Positions 34,443 to 44,829 of a stretch of 64,000 nucleotides of DNA are shown here, piece after piece. Under the pieces are notes generated by a model, which was not told the DNA's origin, searched no databases, and saw only the letters and a program-made list of their open reading frames with translations. The stretch's first letter is position 1, and each line of letters begins with the position of its first letter. Location of the stretch: sequence record MZ443783.1, one strand, 5' to 3'. Both the position numbers and the translations under genes were made by a program.

Positions 34443-37103
34443 TCACATATAGCCCATAGTAATCATGTTCAACATCGGGTCGTCCATAAAGATTGGAATC
34501 GAATCGAGTGAATGACCAGCAGCAGGACTAGAACCACTATAGCCCGAAGCAGCAGGACGAGATACAGCGCCGCCTTTAGGCTGATTAGCAACAGGTGCTG
34601 GTGGTGCAGAAGGAGCTGGAGCAGCAGGTGCTTCCGTTCGAGCGATATCGCCCTCTGTTACGAGAGGCTGACGATCAACAGGAGCTTCTGGCTGAACTAC
34701 AGGCTCGATGCGATTGGTATCTCGTGTCATCCCTTTAGGAAGAACATCCGTAGATGGTTTCTTCGTAAATGTCTCGGCCAGGACTTCTTTGCGGACCTGT
34801 TTATCAAGTTCCTCAGAGAATGGCTTGCGACTATCAGCGACACCAGATCCACCAGAAGCAGCAACAATGTCTTTAGAAGTCTGACTGGAAGGAGAAGGTG
34901 ATTGGTCTATATTTACAGCTTTCTTCCTGTCAGCTTCGGCCACTTTGAGCAGCACGTCCTTCTCATTCTGCGCTCGCGTTGCCACAGATTGTTGCGTCTG
35001 CGCCGAGCTTGATTTGAAGTAACGATCAGTCGTTGCTGCCTTGTAGTCCTGAATAGTCTTAATCAACTCTTCATCGGACATGCCGTTAACGTCTTTGCCT
35101 TGAAGCGCATTGGCGATGACGCTTGTACCTGCACCGTACTGCACAGCCGTACTGTACATCAGTTCTTTGACACCAGCACCACGCTTCGTCAAGTCCACAC
35201 CAACTTCGTTCTGCATCTTAGCCACGAGCGGTGCGTAATGAGTACGCGTGATATAGTCGGACTGCGCTTTATCGAAGTCGGCACCTTGAGTATTCGCAAC
35301 ATCCTTATAGACGGAGTTGAACTGAGCAGTGCCTGGAGCGAGTCCGCCGAAACGTTGCAGGAACGGTTTACCTTCAGGGCTGTTCAGGAAGTTCATCATG
35401 CTGCCGTTGTTCGTAGCGAGCTGGTGCTTACCGTACGACACGCCACCAGCATCACCCTGACCAGTAGATACAGTACCTACACCGCGACCACCAGACTCGA
35501 ACTGTTCTGACACTGAACCGAGACCGCCTTCTGCGATTGCACGATTAGCGATATCGGTTACTTGCTTACTATCCATACGTCGAGCAGGCTGTGCTCGCAT
35601 CGGACCAGCATACGTACCAGCACCAGAACCAGGCATTGCGCCCATACCGCCAAAGCCAAAAGGCATGATGACAGGCTGAGGGAATTTCGCTTTGTTCTGA
35701 TTCTCTGCCGTAGTGTCGTTGTACTCGTCCATCTTCTCTTTGCGGTCTTTCTCACCGTCAGCGAGCATCTTGTCCGATTCATCAGTAATCTTTTCAGCGA
35801 CATATTCGCCTACAGAACTACCGAAGTAGTCACCCAGTATGTTACCGAGCAGACCACCCAACGCAGCGCCAGCAGCAGTACCAACAACAGGAACAACTGA
35901 ACCGAGTGTGCCGCCTATCCATGCACCAGCAATAGCACCAGTAGTACCACCAGCAGCACCACCGAGGGCAGAGCCACCCGCTTTCTTCTTCTCTTTGGCC
36001 TTCTCTGCATCAGTCAGCGTTTCGTCTGCGTCGATGTGTTGCGTTTCGTTCGCATAAGACAGGCCGTTACCTAATGCAGGACCGATGATAGGAATCTTCT
36101 TCGACGCACCAGCCAGCAGTAGACTCGCGCCAGCTACAGCAGCGTCCTGTGTTGCAGATGGAGGCGTTGGCGCATCGCCCTTAGCAGCTTCTTCCGCACG
36201 TTGAACTTCTGGTGCAGTAGGCATAGGTGTGGGTTTTGCATCCGAGTCAGGAGCAGCATCGGTCTTCTGATAATCAGGAGCACCAACACCTCCATTCTCC
36301 GCGTTCTGCTCCTCAAACTTCTCTTGTGATCTGTGCTTCAACCACAAACCACCAGCCACAGCAGCTCCAAGAGTCAACGCTAGACCCAGCTTACCTTTGA
36401 GCTTAGGTAAGCGGCTACGACGAGGTAGATTACGGCCAGGGCCTCTGCGTTCACCTCGATTGCGGCCGTAGCGTCTGCCACGTTTACGACGAGGGCGATT
36501 ATCTTCTGGGCCAAAGTCTGAGCCTGCACCATTGTCAGGTCCGTTATCGTCATTAGCAGAATCAGCAGGACCGTTGTCACCGCCACCGGCGCCAGGCTGA
36601 TTGCCGTGTGGGTCTGACTTAGCGCGGTTCTTCTCTTTGAATGCTTCGCGCTTCTCCCACTCCAACCAATCTTCAAGGGCTTTCTGCGTCTTCGCAGATA
36701 CTGCGTTGCCCTCTTTGATCGCGTGAACGATATCTTCACCAGACTTCTCGCCTGCAATAAACAGGTCTTCCAGTGCGGATTCTACTTCACGCGGATTAGG
36801 CTGTTGTGGTACGGCGCGCGGTGCAGCAGGAGCAGCATCATTGTTCTCCTGCACGTAGCGCACACGCGTGTTGGCCATCTTCTCACGCGCAGCTTTAGCC
36901 GCACGGTTCTTAGCCCTTGAGCCTGGACCAACATAAACGATTTCGTCATCAAGCAGTTCGGGATCGTAATCGTCCTCAATGTCATTGGCAGCACGCCGTC
37001 TACGTTTCGGCTTAGGCATACCAGCAACTGAACCACTAATGCTGTCCGCATGTTCGATCATTAGTTCGAGTGCGGTTAGCTCTTTCTCTTTTGGCTTAGC
37101 CAT
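34443..37103 (-). CDS. Tape-measure-like tail protein with a muramidase domain (VgrG3-C/lysozyme-like)
   Basis: Gly/Ala-rich TM-like segments; SVSEQFESGGRG.GTVSTG.GD.GGVSYGKHQL catalytic region. Confidence 0.75.
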   Translation of the reverse strand: MAKPKEKELTALELMIEHADSISGSVAGMPKPKRRRRAANDIEDDYDPELLDDEIVYVGPGSRAKNRAAKAAREKMANTRVRYVQENNDAAPAAPRAVPQQPNPREVESALEDLFIAGEKSGEDIVHAIKEGNAVSAKTQKALEDWLEWEKREAFKEKNRAKSDPHGNQPGAGGGDNGPADSANDDNGPDNGAGSDFGPEDNRPRRKRGRRYGRNRGERRGPGRNLPRRSRLPKLKGKLGLALTLGAAVAGGLWLKHRSQEKFEEQNAENGGVGAPDYQKTDAAPDSDAKPTPMPTAPEVQRAEEAAKGDAPTPPSATQDAAVAGASLLLAGASKKIPIIGPALGNGLSYANETQHIDADETLTDAEKAKEKKKAGGSALGGAAGGTTGAIAGAWIGGTLGSVVPVVGTAAGAALGGLLGNILGDYFGSSVGEYVAEKITDESDKMLADGEKDRKEKMDEYNDTTAENQNKAKFPQPVIMPFGFGGMGAMPGSGAGTYAGPMRAQPARRMDSKQVTDIANRAIAEGGLGSVSEQFESGGRGVGTVSTGQGDAGGVSYGKHQLATNNGSMMNFLNSPEGKPFLQRFGGLAPGTAQFNSVYKDVANTQGADFDKAQSDYITRTHYAPLVAKMQNEVGVDLTKRGAGVKELMYSTAVQYGAGTSVIANALQGKDVNGMSDEELIKTIQDYKAATTDRYFKSSSAQTQQSVATRAQNEKDVLLKVAEADRKKAVNIDQSPSPSSQTSKDIVAASGGSGVADSRKPFSEELDKQVRKEVLAETFTKKPSTDVLPKGMTRDTNRIEPVVQPEAPVDRQPLVTEGDIARTEAPAAPAPSAPPAPVANQPKGGAVSRPAASGYSGSSPAAGHSLDSIPIFMDDPMLNMITMGYM

Positions 37104-37981
37104 TATCCACCTCTACGACCTCGCTTCGCTGCTATCGCAAGCGCTCGCTGTTCTTCGGCTTTGTTCTTATCGTGAACATAAGCACTATGCCAGTACAGCA
37201 ATTTGTTGATCGTTATATCATCTGGCACGTAGATGTTCTTGGCACTAGCTAGGTCCAGCGTCATGTTCATCATTGATGTGTCAGAAAACACACGGAAGTA
37301 GCCTAAGATATCAATCGGACTTTTATACGTGTAGGAGCGGAAGCACTTGTTGCATTTGTGCGTTGTCTCCAGCTCACAACTAACGTACACGTAATTGCCT
37401 GCGTTCATTATCTCAATGGGGTCAGCGTATTCGAGCGTCTGCTCCAGTGGCAGGTCGCTGTCGATATACATGGCATTCATCACCTGTGTAGCATCGCGCT
37501 CCTCACTAAGTAACACGGCTTCAATCCAGCGCTGAACGGTAGGATGGCGCAAGCCTTTTGGAAGGTCGCGCCATTTGTGTTCTACGATTCGTTGTCGCAT
37601 GACTTCTTCGGTGTTAAGCAGGTTGCAGTCTACTTCTACGAATTTGCAACCACGCGGCCTGTCATAGTACCGCTCTCCGCGCATATCAACGAAGAACGGT
37701 TGTGTGCATCGCCATTCGTATAGACGGTGCGACTGCGGCCAACTATTTCTATCGAACATCGCAAGCATGTAACGGAAGTCTTCGAGGTACATGTCTCTGA
37801 TCTTCACATTGGTGAAATGCTGCAACGTATCGACAAAGAGTTCAGGCAGTTTATACTTTTGGGCGTTGAACAAACTGGACATAGCGTTCGCAGTGATCTG
37901 CTCAATACGCGCATCGGACCTGCCTGATGGGAGATATATCTCTAACATTAGCGCACGAACATCGAAGGGTTCATATCCCAA
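37103..37981 (-). CDS. Baseplate/tail assembly chaperone (gp26/51-like) with CxxC
   Basis: LPSG N-terminal motif; HKCNKC; location upstream of the tape-measure-like gene. Confidence 0.55.
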   Translation of the reverse strand: MGYEPFDVRALMLEIYLPSGRSDARIEQITANAMSSLFNAQKYKLPELFVDTLQHFTNVKIRDMYLEDFRYMLAMFDRNSWPQSHRLYEWRCTQPFFVDMRGERYYDRPRGCKFVEVDCNLLNTEEVMRQRIVEHKWRDLPKGLRHPTVQRWIEAVLLSEERDATQVMNAMYIDSDLPLEQTLEYADPIEIMNAGNYVYVSCELETTHKCNKCFRSYTYKSPIDILGYFRVFSDTSMMNMTLDLASAKNIYVPDDITINKLLYWHSAYVHDKNKAEEQRALAIAAKRGRRGG

Positions 37982-38631
37982 GCACGGACGCTTTTGCGTT
38001 TACATGCAGGGCATTCTAGGCTGATATCAGTCAACACACCGTGACGAGAAGCAAGCACCCACTCAGATAATTGCAGCCACAGTTTCAGGTCTTCCTGTTC
38101 TTCCAGTAGCGCAACGTTCGCATCGAAGTTACGACCCATGTGCGCTACATGCCAGCTAAACATATCCTCCGAAGCGCGTTCGAAGTGACGCATACGAGGC
38201 AAGTCAAACGTTTCATGCTCTGCCGCCAATACAGCCACAGTCATGGAAGTCTCATCGACAATGCCGACGTTGTTTGCTGCACAAGGGAACGTATTGATAG
38301 CACCACCTTCAGGGCGCATCTCGTTAACGATGCCATCGGAATATTCAAACAGCGGTTTGTTGCAACGCCAGTGTGTCATCAGAGGCATTACGGAGTTCAT
38401 CCACATACGCTGCTGGAAGACGAGCGCATAGGCATCAGGCACAGTCAGTTCATCGAGAGGAATAGACAGGCATGGAGCCAGTGCATCGAGAAGGATATAC
38501 TTCATGTCCTTCTTATCAATCGCTTTCGCAATCGCACGGTTCTCTTTACCGCCAAAACGACGCATCGTAAAGGCTGGTGGGAGTTGTGCTTTGTAACCAT
38601 GCGACGGTAAACTCGCTGTTTGAATTTCCAT
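37948..38631 (-). CDS. Baseplate assembly protein (gp26-like), similar to the neighbouring gene
   Basis: SLPSHGY; LDELTVPDAY; C-terminal CPACK. Confidence 0.6.
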   Translation of the reverse strand: MEIQTASLPSHGYKAQLPPAFTMRRFGGKENRAIAKAIDKKDMKYILLDALAPCLSIPLDELTVPDAYALVFQQRMWMNSVMPLMTHWRCNKPLFEYSDGIVNEMRPEGGAINTFPCAANNVGIVDETSMTVAVLAAEHETFDLPRMRHFERASEDMFSWHVAHMGRNFDANVALLEEQEDLKLWLQLSEWVLASRHGVLTDISLECPACKRKSVRAWDMNPSMFVR

Positions 38632-38642
38632 TTATTCTTATC

Positions 38643-39155
38643 TCATATCAAAGGACGGGAAACATCAAGAGCCATTTGAACACTCCACATACCACGACCT
38701 CCTGTGCCATTAAGCGTAATGCTTTGACCGCCAATAGGCCAACAGTTGCGGAGTTGTTGTTCGCCAACCATTTGCCCCTGGTTGTCGTATAGCTCAATGA
38801 TAAGATTTTTCTTGTACACAGACGGCAATCTAAAGCCGCCAGTATACGGGTTCTGAATCAAGTTCTGCCACGCGTTCATATACTTCATGACAGCGAGCTT
38901 TTGGTCGAGGCCAAACAGCAAACTGAATCCATCAACACTTGAACCGTGTGGCCAGTTGATTTGCACAGTGGCCACTTCTTTCGATTTAGATTGATAGACA
39001 GAGAACGGTAAGTCTACCTCTTCACATGCGAACGGGCTTAACGATATATTACCAATAACAGGAAATTCTCGCACACGCCACTTGTCCTGCATGAAAGGAT
39101 CATCAAGGCCAGGAGCAGAAGAATCATTCAGATCGTCAAGTGTTGGCAGCGGCAT
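38643..39155 (-). CDS. Tail tube-like protein (second gp19-like copy)
   Basis: YMNAWQNLI.NP..G....YKKNLIIELYDNQG...L.NCWP. Confidence 0.8.
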   Translation of the reverse strand: MPLPTLDDLNDSSAPGLDDPFMQDKWRVREFPVIGNISLSPFACEEVDLPFSVYQSKSKEVATVQINWPHGSSVDGFSLLFGLDQKLAVMKYMNAWQNLIQNPYTGGFRLPSVYKKNLIIELYDNQGQMVGEQQLRNCWPIGGQSITLNGTGGRGMWSVQMALDVSRPLI

Positions 39156-39157
39156 GA

Positions 39158-39832
39158 TTATTCCTCTACTATGATAAGCACAGGTCGAACATCGCTATCG
39201 AGCTTGAGGAACGTAGCACCAACCAGATAGCCGTCATTCTCAATTTGCTTGACTACGGCTTTCTCGTAGTCCGTTTCCCACTTCTCACGCTGCGAGGCTT
39301 TGTAGCCCTCAAACGTTTCAGTCGCATCATAGTAGTTATAGACACCACCAGTAGGCATAGGGATACGTGCAAGGAACTGAATACGACCAGCGTTCTTAAA
39401 CTTGGTCTTATGCAGCGCTTGAGTCAGCTTGGTGTTCTCAGCTTTAGAGCCAGGAACAGCTTTAAACGGTTTCTTCGGTTGAGGCTCTTTAGGTGCAGCA
39501 GGAAGTTTCTCACGCGCAGGAGTATTCTTGTCTGTAGCTTTCTTAACGCGAATGCCAGAGACAGTTCCTGTGAATGGACGACTACGGCTCAACAGTGAAC
39601 GTGCGGTCGCAGCGTCTACCGTGAACACCACAGACGGGTCATCCTTATGCAGCACATAGAACAGGTTGCGCTTTGCAGCCTTGATACCGAATACGTCTTT
39701 CTCCTCGATATCAGCCTCGTGCTCTTTGTTCTCAATGCTGACCTTGCGCTTACCTTCGAAGCGATACCAGTCACAATCCATAATGGACGCGACAGGCAGT
39801 TTACGTGCGCTTTCGCTCAGTAAAATAAGCAT
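39158..39832 (-). CDS. Hypothetical protein, candidate internal head protein (224 aa)
   Basis: N-terminal MLILLSESA; shared ~70-aa domain. Confidence 0.7.
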   Translation of the reverse strand: MLILLSESARKLPVASIMDCDWYRFEGKRKVSIENKEHEADIEEKDVFGIKAAKRNLFYVLHKDDPSVVFTVDAATARSLLSRSRPFTGTVSGIRVKKATDKNTPAREKLPAAPKEPQPKKPFKAVPGSKAENTKLTQALHKTKFKNAGRIQFLARIPMPTGGVYNYYDATETFEGYKASQREKWETDYEKAVVKQIENDGYLVGATFLKLDSDVRPVLIIVEE

Positions 39833-39846
39833 AGAGTCTCCAAAAC

Positions 39847-39876
39847 GAAAAAGGGCCAGAACGAATCTTGGCCCTT
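39847..39876 (-). terminator. Intrinsic terminator
   Basis: Minus strand AGGGCCAAG...CTGGCCCT followed by TTTT, after the tube gene. Confidence 0.75.
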
Positions 39877-39883
39877 GTGTTTC

Positions 39884-40396
39884 TTACGATACGAGTTCGG
39901 CGTAGTCGAAGGACCATTCGATTGAGACCGGAACAGCCTGTGCAGCACCAGAGAAGTTCAGGTCTGGTACCTGCTTCGGCCACACGCCGTAGATGTTGTA
40001 CTCAGCAACTACAGAACCATCCATATCGAAGATACGGAAGATTGCTTTGGTCGCGTAGTCTGCTTTACGTGCGCCCAGCTGGGTTTGAGTAGCACGAACA
40101 AACTCATGCCATTCTTCCAGTTGTTTATACACGGCCATCTCGGAGTTTTCGTTGTACTCGGTAGAGAGCGCGTGAGAGAAGATCTTACGACCAGCGTAGT
40201 TGAGCTGGTGGCCGAACGCTTCTTTCAGAACTTCTTCCAGAGTAGAACCTGGCTTGATGCCAGTCTTACAGAACAGACGCAGAGTACGCGCGTAGTCCGC
40301 ACCACCGACAGGCGGGTTAGGAATCAGGAACTCGAAGTTGTCATCGAGTAACGGATCTTTAGTAGACGAAAATTCGTCAAGAGTTACCTTTGGCAT
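39884..40396 (-). CDS. Major tail tube protein (gp19-like)
   Basis: Follows the sheath gene; QLNYAGRK.F...WHEFV...DYATKAIFRIFD.DG..V.EY...GVWP. Confidence 0.9.
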   Translation of the reverse strand: MPKVTLDEFSSTKDPLLDDNFEFLIPNPPVGGADYARTLRLFCKTGIKPGSTLEEVLKEAFGHQLNYAGRKIFSHALSTEYNENSEMAVYKQLEEWHEFVRATQTQLGARKADYATKAIFRIFDMDGSVVAEYNIYGVWPKQVPDLNFSGAAQAVPVSIEWSFDYAELVS

Positions 40397-40407
40397 CTAA
40401 AAGCTCC

Positions 40408-42093
40408 TTAGAGTGCACCAGAGTTGATCAGTTGCAGCGCGTACTGGATATCACCAACAGGTGGTACGATAGCCGTTACGTGGATGCGTTTGGTGTAGCG
40501 AGTCGGGTCAAGGAACACGTCGATGATCAGATCGCCACGCGCTTCGTCTTCTGCGGTGTTGTTGGTGTAGTCACAAGTAACTGCATACCAACGTAACCCA
40601 CGACCTGTCTTAATCGGTTCGAGGATTGCTTCCATCGCAGACTTCTGGCGCTGTTTCAGAATGTCGTCGTTCGGTTCGAACACAGCACTCAGGTTGTTAG
40701 CGCGAGCAGAGGCGTGAAGCATCGCAAGCAGACGACGCACACCGATATCTTGCAGCGGAGACTTCGTAGTGTAGGTGGTATCAGCACCCCACATGAAGAT
40801 ACCTTCGCCTTCGAAGATAGCAATCGGGTTAATCTGGTTATCCACCAGAATGTCGCGGTCACCCTGCTTGAAGCGATAGCGCACGTCAGTTGCGAAGTCC
40901 AGCTTACCGCGTTGCATACCGCCAGGCGCAAGCCAGGAAGCGACTTGGTCCGCAGTCAACATGCAGTATGCCATACACACAGACGCTGGTACGTAGAAGT
41001 CACGAGCGTTGGTGTTGTCACGCGCTTTAACGTCAGCATTCGACAGCGCAGACCAAGAGCCGATGATAGAGAACTCAGCTTCTTTGTACGGCTTGTTACC
41101 ACGACGATAAGCCACAGCGTTGTCACGCGCTTGATACAGCACAGGCACACCATGCGTTGCGATACAGTCCATGCGGCTCTCAGCCAAGTCATCGATCTTG
41201 TTCGCAATAACAGGATGCTCCAGACCACCAGAACACAGAATGCCTGCCTGAATGTCTTCCCAGTCGCGGTAGTTATCCCACGCAGTCAGAACAGCAGACA
41301 GAGAACGGTTAGCAATCAGTGCATCGTTGTGGTCAATGTCAATCACATCGCCGTCGCTACCACCAGTGAACTGACCGTTAGGTGCAGTAGGTGCTGTTGG
41401 GTCAGCAGGGCCGCCACCGATAGAGTTGATGACCACGAAGTTCGGGTCTTCCACCAGCTTGTAGTGATTTTCATTCAGCTTCACGCGAATGTATTTCGAG
41501 TTCACATTGATAACGTCTTCAATGTAGAACTGGTTGCCTGCTTCGTCTTTGTAGTAACGAGTAGTCACCACATGCGTTTCCAGCGGCGTCAGGTAACCAA
41601 CGCGATACACTTTGATGATGGACTTAATGCCCAGCGCATCAGTCACGTCAGGTTCAAACGTGATGTACATGTTGTTCGCGTCAGCGTACTGCGACATGGC
41701 GTAGATCAGGCAGATATCACGATCAGAGAAAGCAATCTGCTCAGGGTCTACCAGACCAGCGTCACCGAGAGGACGGCAGGTAGCGAAGTTATTATACGTT
41801 GTGAGATACACACCTGCATACTTCACGGAGAGAGCGACACGCGTGATGTTCAGCTTGGTCGCTTTCGTCATCAGAATCTTGGCGTTCTGGACGTTGTTAG
41901 CGTACTTCCCAGTTGCTGGACCAAAGATTGCGTCGATCTCATCTTTAGAGGTAACAGTTGTGTTCACACCCACAGGACCACGAGGGAACGGCAGAACCAG
42001 AGTACACATGCCATACTGGACAAGTGACGCCTGATTCGAGCGGTCGTTCTCCTGCGTGTAGACCCCCGGAGAGGGGTGATTTGGTTGTAGCAT
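40408..42093 (-). CDS. Tail sheath protein (gp18-like)
   Basis: SPGVYTQENDRS; WLAPGGMQRG; NQINPI; IGVRRLL; FEPND. Confidence 0.95.
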   Translation of the reverse strand: MLQPNHPSPGVYTQENDRSNQASLVQYGMCTLVLPFPRGPVGVNTTVTSKDEIDAIFGPATGKYANNVQNAKILMTKATKLNITRVALSVKYAGVYLTTYNNFATCRPLGDAGLVDPEQIAFSDRDICLIYAMSQYADANNMYITFEPDVTDALGIKSIIKVYRVGYLTPLETHVVTTRYYKDEAGNQFYIEDVINVNSKYIRVKLNENHYKLVEDPNFVVINSIGGGPADPTAPTAPNGQFTGGSDGDVIDIDHNDALIANRSLSAVLTAWDNYRDWEDIQAGILCSGGLEHPVIANKIDDLAESRMDCIATHGVPVLYQARDNAVAYRRGNKPYKEAEFSIIGSWSALSNADVKARDNTNARDFYVPASVCMAYCMLTADQVASWLAPGGMQRGKLDFATDVRYRFKQGDRDILVDNQINPIAIFEGEGIFMWGADTTYTTKSPLQDIGVRRLLAMLHASARANNLSAVFEPNDDILKQRQKSAMEAILEPIKTGRGLRWYAVTCDYTNNTAEDEARGDLIIDVFLDPTRYTKRIHVTAIVPPVGDIQYALQLINSGAL

Positions 42094-42135
42094 CGTGAAT
42101 CTCCATGAGAATGGGCATCGTGAAACGACTATAAC

Positions 42136-42143
42136 AAATTAGC
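42136..42143 (-). promoter_or_regulatory. Putative late promoter motif GCTAATTT
   Basis: Intergenic, 43 nt upstream of the sheath start. Confidence 0.55.
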
Positions 42144-42149
42144 GTATTG

Positions 42150-42494
42150 TCAGTAGCAAATCACATTAACACGCTGATCAACGTCACTTACGAGAACCGA
42201 TTGCGCCATCTTACCAGTGAGAGTGAATTGGCCTTCGATGATCATCTGGCCACCAGCGAACTGCAAGATGATTGGCTCAGCCGTATCAATGTACAGCAGA
42301 CCCTTAATCTCAGGCAGTTGATAGCCTTTAGGACCAACGATGATCGATTGCTCCATGAACAGTCCATCGAGAGGAATACCTACAGGATGTGACTGTCGCT
42401 TGAGCACAGAGTTTTGGTTGGAGGTGACTGAACGCACACGGCTATCAATCACAAGAGTGCGGTCGAGCTTACGATACTTCTCGCGTGTGTACAT
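42150..42494 (-). CDS. Hypothetical virion protein (114 aa)
   Basis: TAATG coupling with the upstream gene. Confidence 0.7.
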   Translation of the reverse strand: MYTREKYRKLDRTLVIDSRVRSVTSNQNSVLKRQSHPVGIPLDGLFMEQSIIVGPKGYQLPEIKGLLYIDTAEPIILQFAGGQMIIEGQFTLTGKMAQSVLVSDVDQRVNVICY

Positions 42495-43192
42495 TAGTCA
42501 TCGTCCTCTTCTTCTTCCTCTTCGGTCTCCTGAGCCTTAGTTGCACGAGGCCCTAAGTCCATGTCGATTTCAACGTTCTCGGTGATCTCACCGTAGTTGT
42601 TAATCTTGGCCTGCTCCATGTTGAAACCAATCTTGGTCATGATAGTGATTGGAATCTCCAGTTCGAAACTGCCCGGCGTACTGCCTTCATCAAGGTCATC
42701 AATGTTAGGCAGAGGGATAGAGTCATCAATCTTAACGCGCACAGTCCATTTAGCTGTAGGCATCTCAATAGAGAAACTCATCAGGTCAGTCAAGCCAGCA
42801 ACCATTAGCTGTTGCACACACAGCAGCGCCTGATCGATGTTCATGAACTTGAGGTACAGGGAACCTGTAAGAGTGATAGGGAAGTAGTAGTTCGTTACTA
42901 CAACGGCATTCGTACCATCGCTGCCTATAGCCCAGCCAGAACCGTGACGTGCAATGTTCTTAATGTTCACGGATTCTTCGCGGTTGAAAGCCATAGTAGG
43001 TAGTTTGAACCAGCCGTACGGATAGTCAGTGCTTTGATTGTTCGTTGCACGAATACCCTGCTTAGGGTTGTTATGCACAGACCAAACAAAACGCTTTAGG
43101 CCGAAGCCTTGTCTAAATTGGCGTTGAAAGCCAAAGATGGTTGCTCGTAACGATGTGCTGTTCTTGAGCAAGCCTGCAACGTTTGCGCTCAT
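42494..43192 (-). CDS. Putative neck/tail-completion protein with acidic tail
   Basis: Lies between capsid and sheath genes; function inferred from gene order only. Confidence 0.5.
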   Translation of the reverse strand: MSANVAGLLKNSTSLRATIFGFQRQFRQGFGLKRFVWSVHNNPKQGIRATNNQSTDYPYGWFKLPTMAFNREESVNIKNIARHGSGWAIGSDGTNAVVVTNYYFPITLTGSLYLKFMNIDQALLCVQQLMVAGLTDLMSFSIEMPTAKWTVRVKIDDSIPLPNIDDLDEGSTPGSFELEIPITIMTKIGFNMEQAKINNYGEITENVEIDMDLGPRATKAQETEEEEEEDDD

Positions 43193-43206
43193 GTGGAGCT
43201 CCAGAG

Positions 43207-43236
43207 ACGAAAAAGGGCGGCCGAAGCCACCCTTTT
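43207..43236 (-). terminator. Intrinsic terminator (UUCG loop)
   Basis: Minus strand AGGGTGGC-TTCG-GCCGCCCT followed by TTTT. Confidence 0.85.
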
Positions 43237-43255
43237 GGTTACCCGTAGTCGGGTG

Positions 43256-43675
43256 CTAGTCGTCGAGTCGTAAGCGAATCAGAGAAGGCGCGGCGGCAGA
43301 TTCGGATTCAACGGTAGCGTCGTCCTCATCTTCCAGGTCTTCTTCATCGTCAAGGTCTTCATCTTCTTCCTCATCGGAATCGGAGTTCAGACTGATGATT
43401 TCGTCATCGCCATACAATGCAGCGACTTGTTCTTCCTCGGCATTAAGCGCTAAAGCAGCAGATAACGCAGCAACGGATTCGTTCATACCTGATGCGCTAC
43501 TCACGGAGTTAACGAGGCATGACGCTTCGAAGTTATCCGTGAGTTCACAACAAAGAAAGTCCTCAGTGTCTGGCGCTACAGCAGCTTGAGCAAGCAAGCG
43601 GGAAGCATCCATCCACTGTCCGTCACGCGCTGCGACGATTGCCAGTGCAGCTAAGGAACCAGATAAAGTCTTCAT
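43256..43675 (-). CDS. Small acidic head-associated protein (139 aa)
   Basis: Directly after the major capsid gene; D/E tract; SES motif. Confidence 0.7.
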   Translation of the reverse strand: MKTLSGSLAALAIVAARDGQWMDASRLLAQAAVAPDTEDFLCCELTDNFEASCLVNSVSSASGMNESVAALSAALALNAEEEQVAALYGDDEIISLNSDSDEEEDEDLDDEEDLEDEDDATVESESAAAPSLIRLRLDD

Positions 43676-43728
43676 GCTTGGTCCTCAGTTAAGAGGGCAG
43701 CGGTGTGCTACCCTCGATGCACAAACAA

Positions 43729-44829
43729 TTAGCCGCGAACTGCTTTAGCCACAGAACGCACGTTCGCCAGAGTGAAGGAGAAGGTGCTAGACAGCAACCA
43801 GCCGCGGTCGGTGTTACCCTGGTTAGCGCCAGAGGTCGGAGTAGACTGGGTGCCGCCACGAGTGGTGTACACTGCGTGGTAGTCCTGGTCTGCCAGAACG
43901 TACAGCTCGCCGTCCTGCAGAACGCGGTGCTCTGGAGCACGGAAGCCGTCAGTTACCAGTTCCATACCCAGCAGGGTACCCAGACGACCGGTGGTGATCA
44001 GGTCATACTTAGACACTGGGTCCAGAGCAGAGCTGAACTGATCGTTACCAACGATATCGTTCCAGTAGTCCTGCGCCATCACGGCAGTGCTGACAGGCAG
44101 CGGCCAGGAAGACACAGAATTTTTCAGAGTAGACAGCAGACGCGGAGTCAGGTCACCGTGAACGAAGGTCATCGGGTTAGCAACGCCGACTGCCTGGTCA
44201 CAAGCACGTTTCCACAGACGGTCTTCTGCAACCATGATAGAAGACAGGCCGTCTTGCTGCGCACGGTCCAGCAGGTCGCCGTTGATCTGGTCCAGATCCA
44301 TTTTGCTGACGCGGATGTTGGATTTCAGTTCGAACTCAGCAGGCGTGTAAACACGACCGCGGAACTGGTAGTAACCCATGTCAGAAGGACCGGTCGCGAT
44401 GATTGCTTCCGCCTGGTGAATTTTCAGTTCGATACGAGCGATATCGCCCTGACGAACGGTAGCGCCTTTACACACTTTGCGCAGCAGGCCAGCACGTTCA
44501 GCACGGTCTTCGATAGATGCAACGATAGAAGCACCCAGAGAAGCCCACTTCTCACCAGAGCTGTCAGCCACAGCTTCCTGGAACAGTTCGATCTTCTCTT
44601 GCTCTGACAGGCCGCCAGCATTCGCAGAAGTAGAGTGAACCAGTTCGCCGTTCTGGAATGCGCCCATCAGCTTAGTGATTTGGCCCAGCAGGTCTTTTTG
44701 GCTCGATGCGTTGATCTCACCAGTGGAAGAGGAAAGCGCCAGCTCACCTTTACCACCAAAACGCAGGTCTTCGATAGGCGCGCCATTACGCAGGGTTACT
44801 TTAGCGCCGCGCATTAAAGAGTTGTTCAT
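43729..44829 (-). CDS. Major capsid protein (HK97-like fold)
   Basis: AGGAG SD; high-expression codon usage; PEFELKSNIRVSKMDL...LLDRAQQDGLSSIMVAEDR P-domain pattern; follows scaffold and decoration genes. Confidence 0.85.
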   Translation of the reverse strand: MNNSLMRGAKVTLRNGAPIEDLRFGGKGELALSSSTGEINASSQKDLLGQITKLMGAFQNGELVHSTSANAGGLSEQEKIELFQEAVADSSGEKWASLGASIVASIEDRAERAGLLRKVCKGATVRQGDIARIELKIHQAEAIIATGPSDMGYYQFRGRVYTPAEFELKSNIRVSKMDLDQINGDLLDRAQQDGLSSIMVAEDRLWKRACDQAVGVANPMTFVHGDLTPRLLSTLKNSVSSWPLPVSTAVMAQDYWNDIVGNDQFSSALDPVSKYDLITTGRLGTLLGMELVTDGFRAPEHRVLQDGELYVLADQDYHAVYTTRGGTQSTPTSGANQGNTDRGWLLSSTFSFTLANVRSVAKAVRG

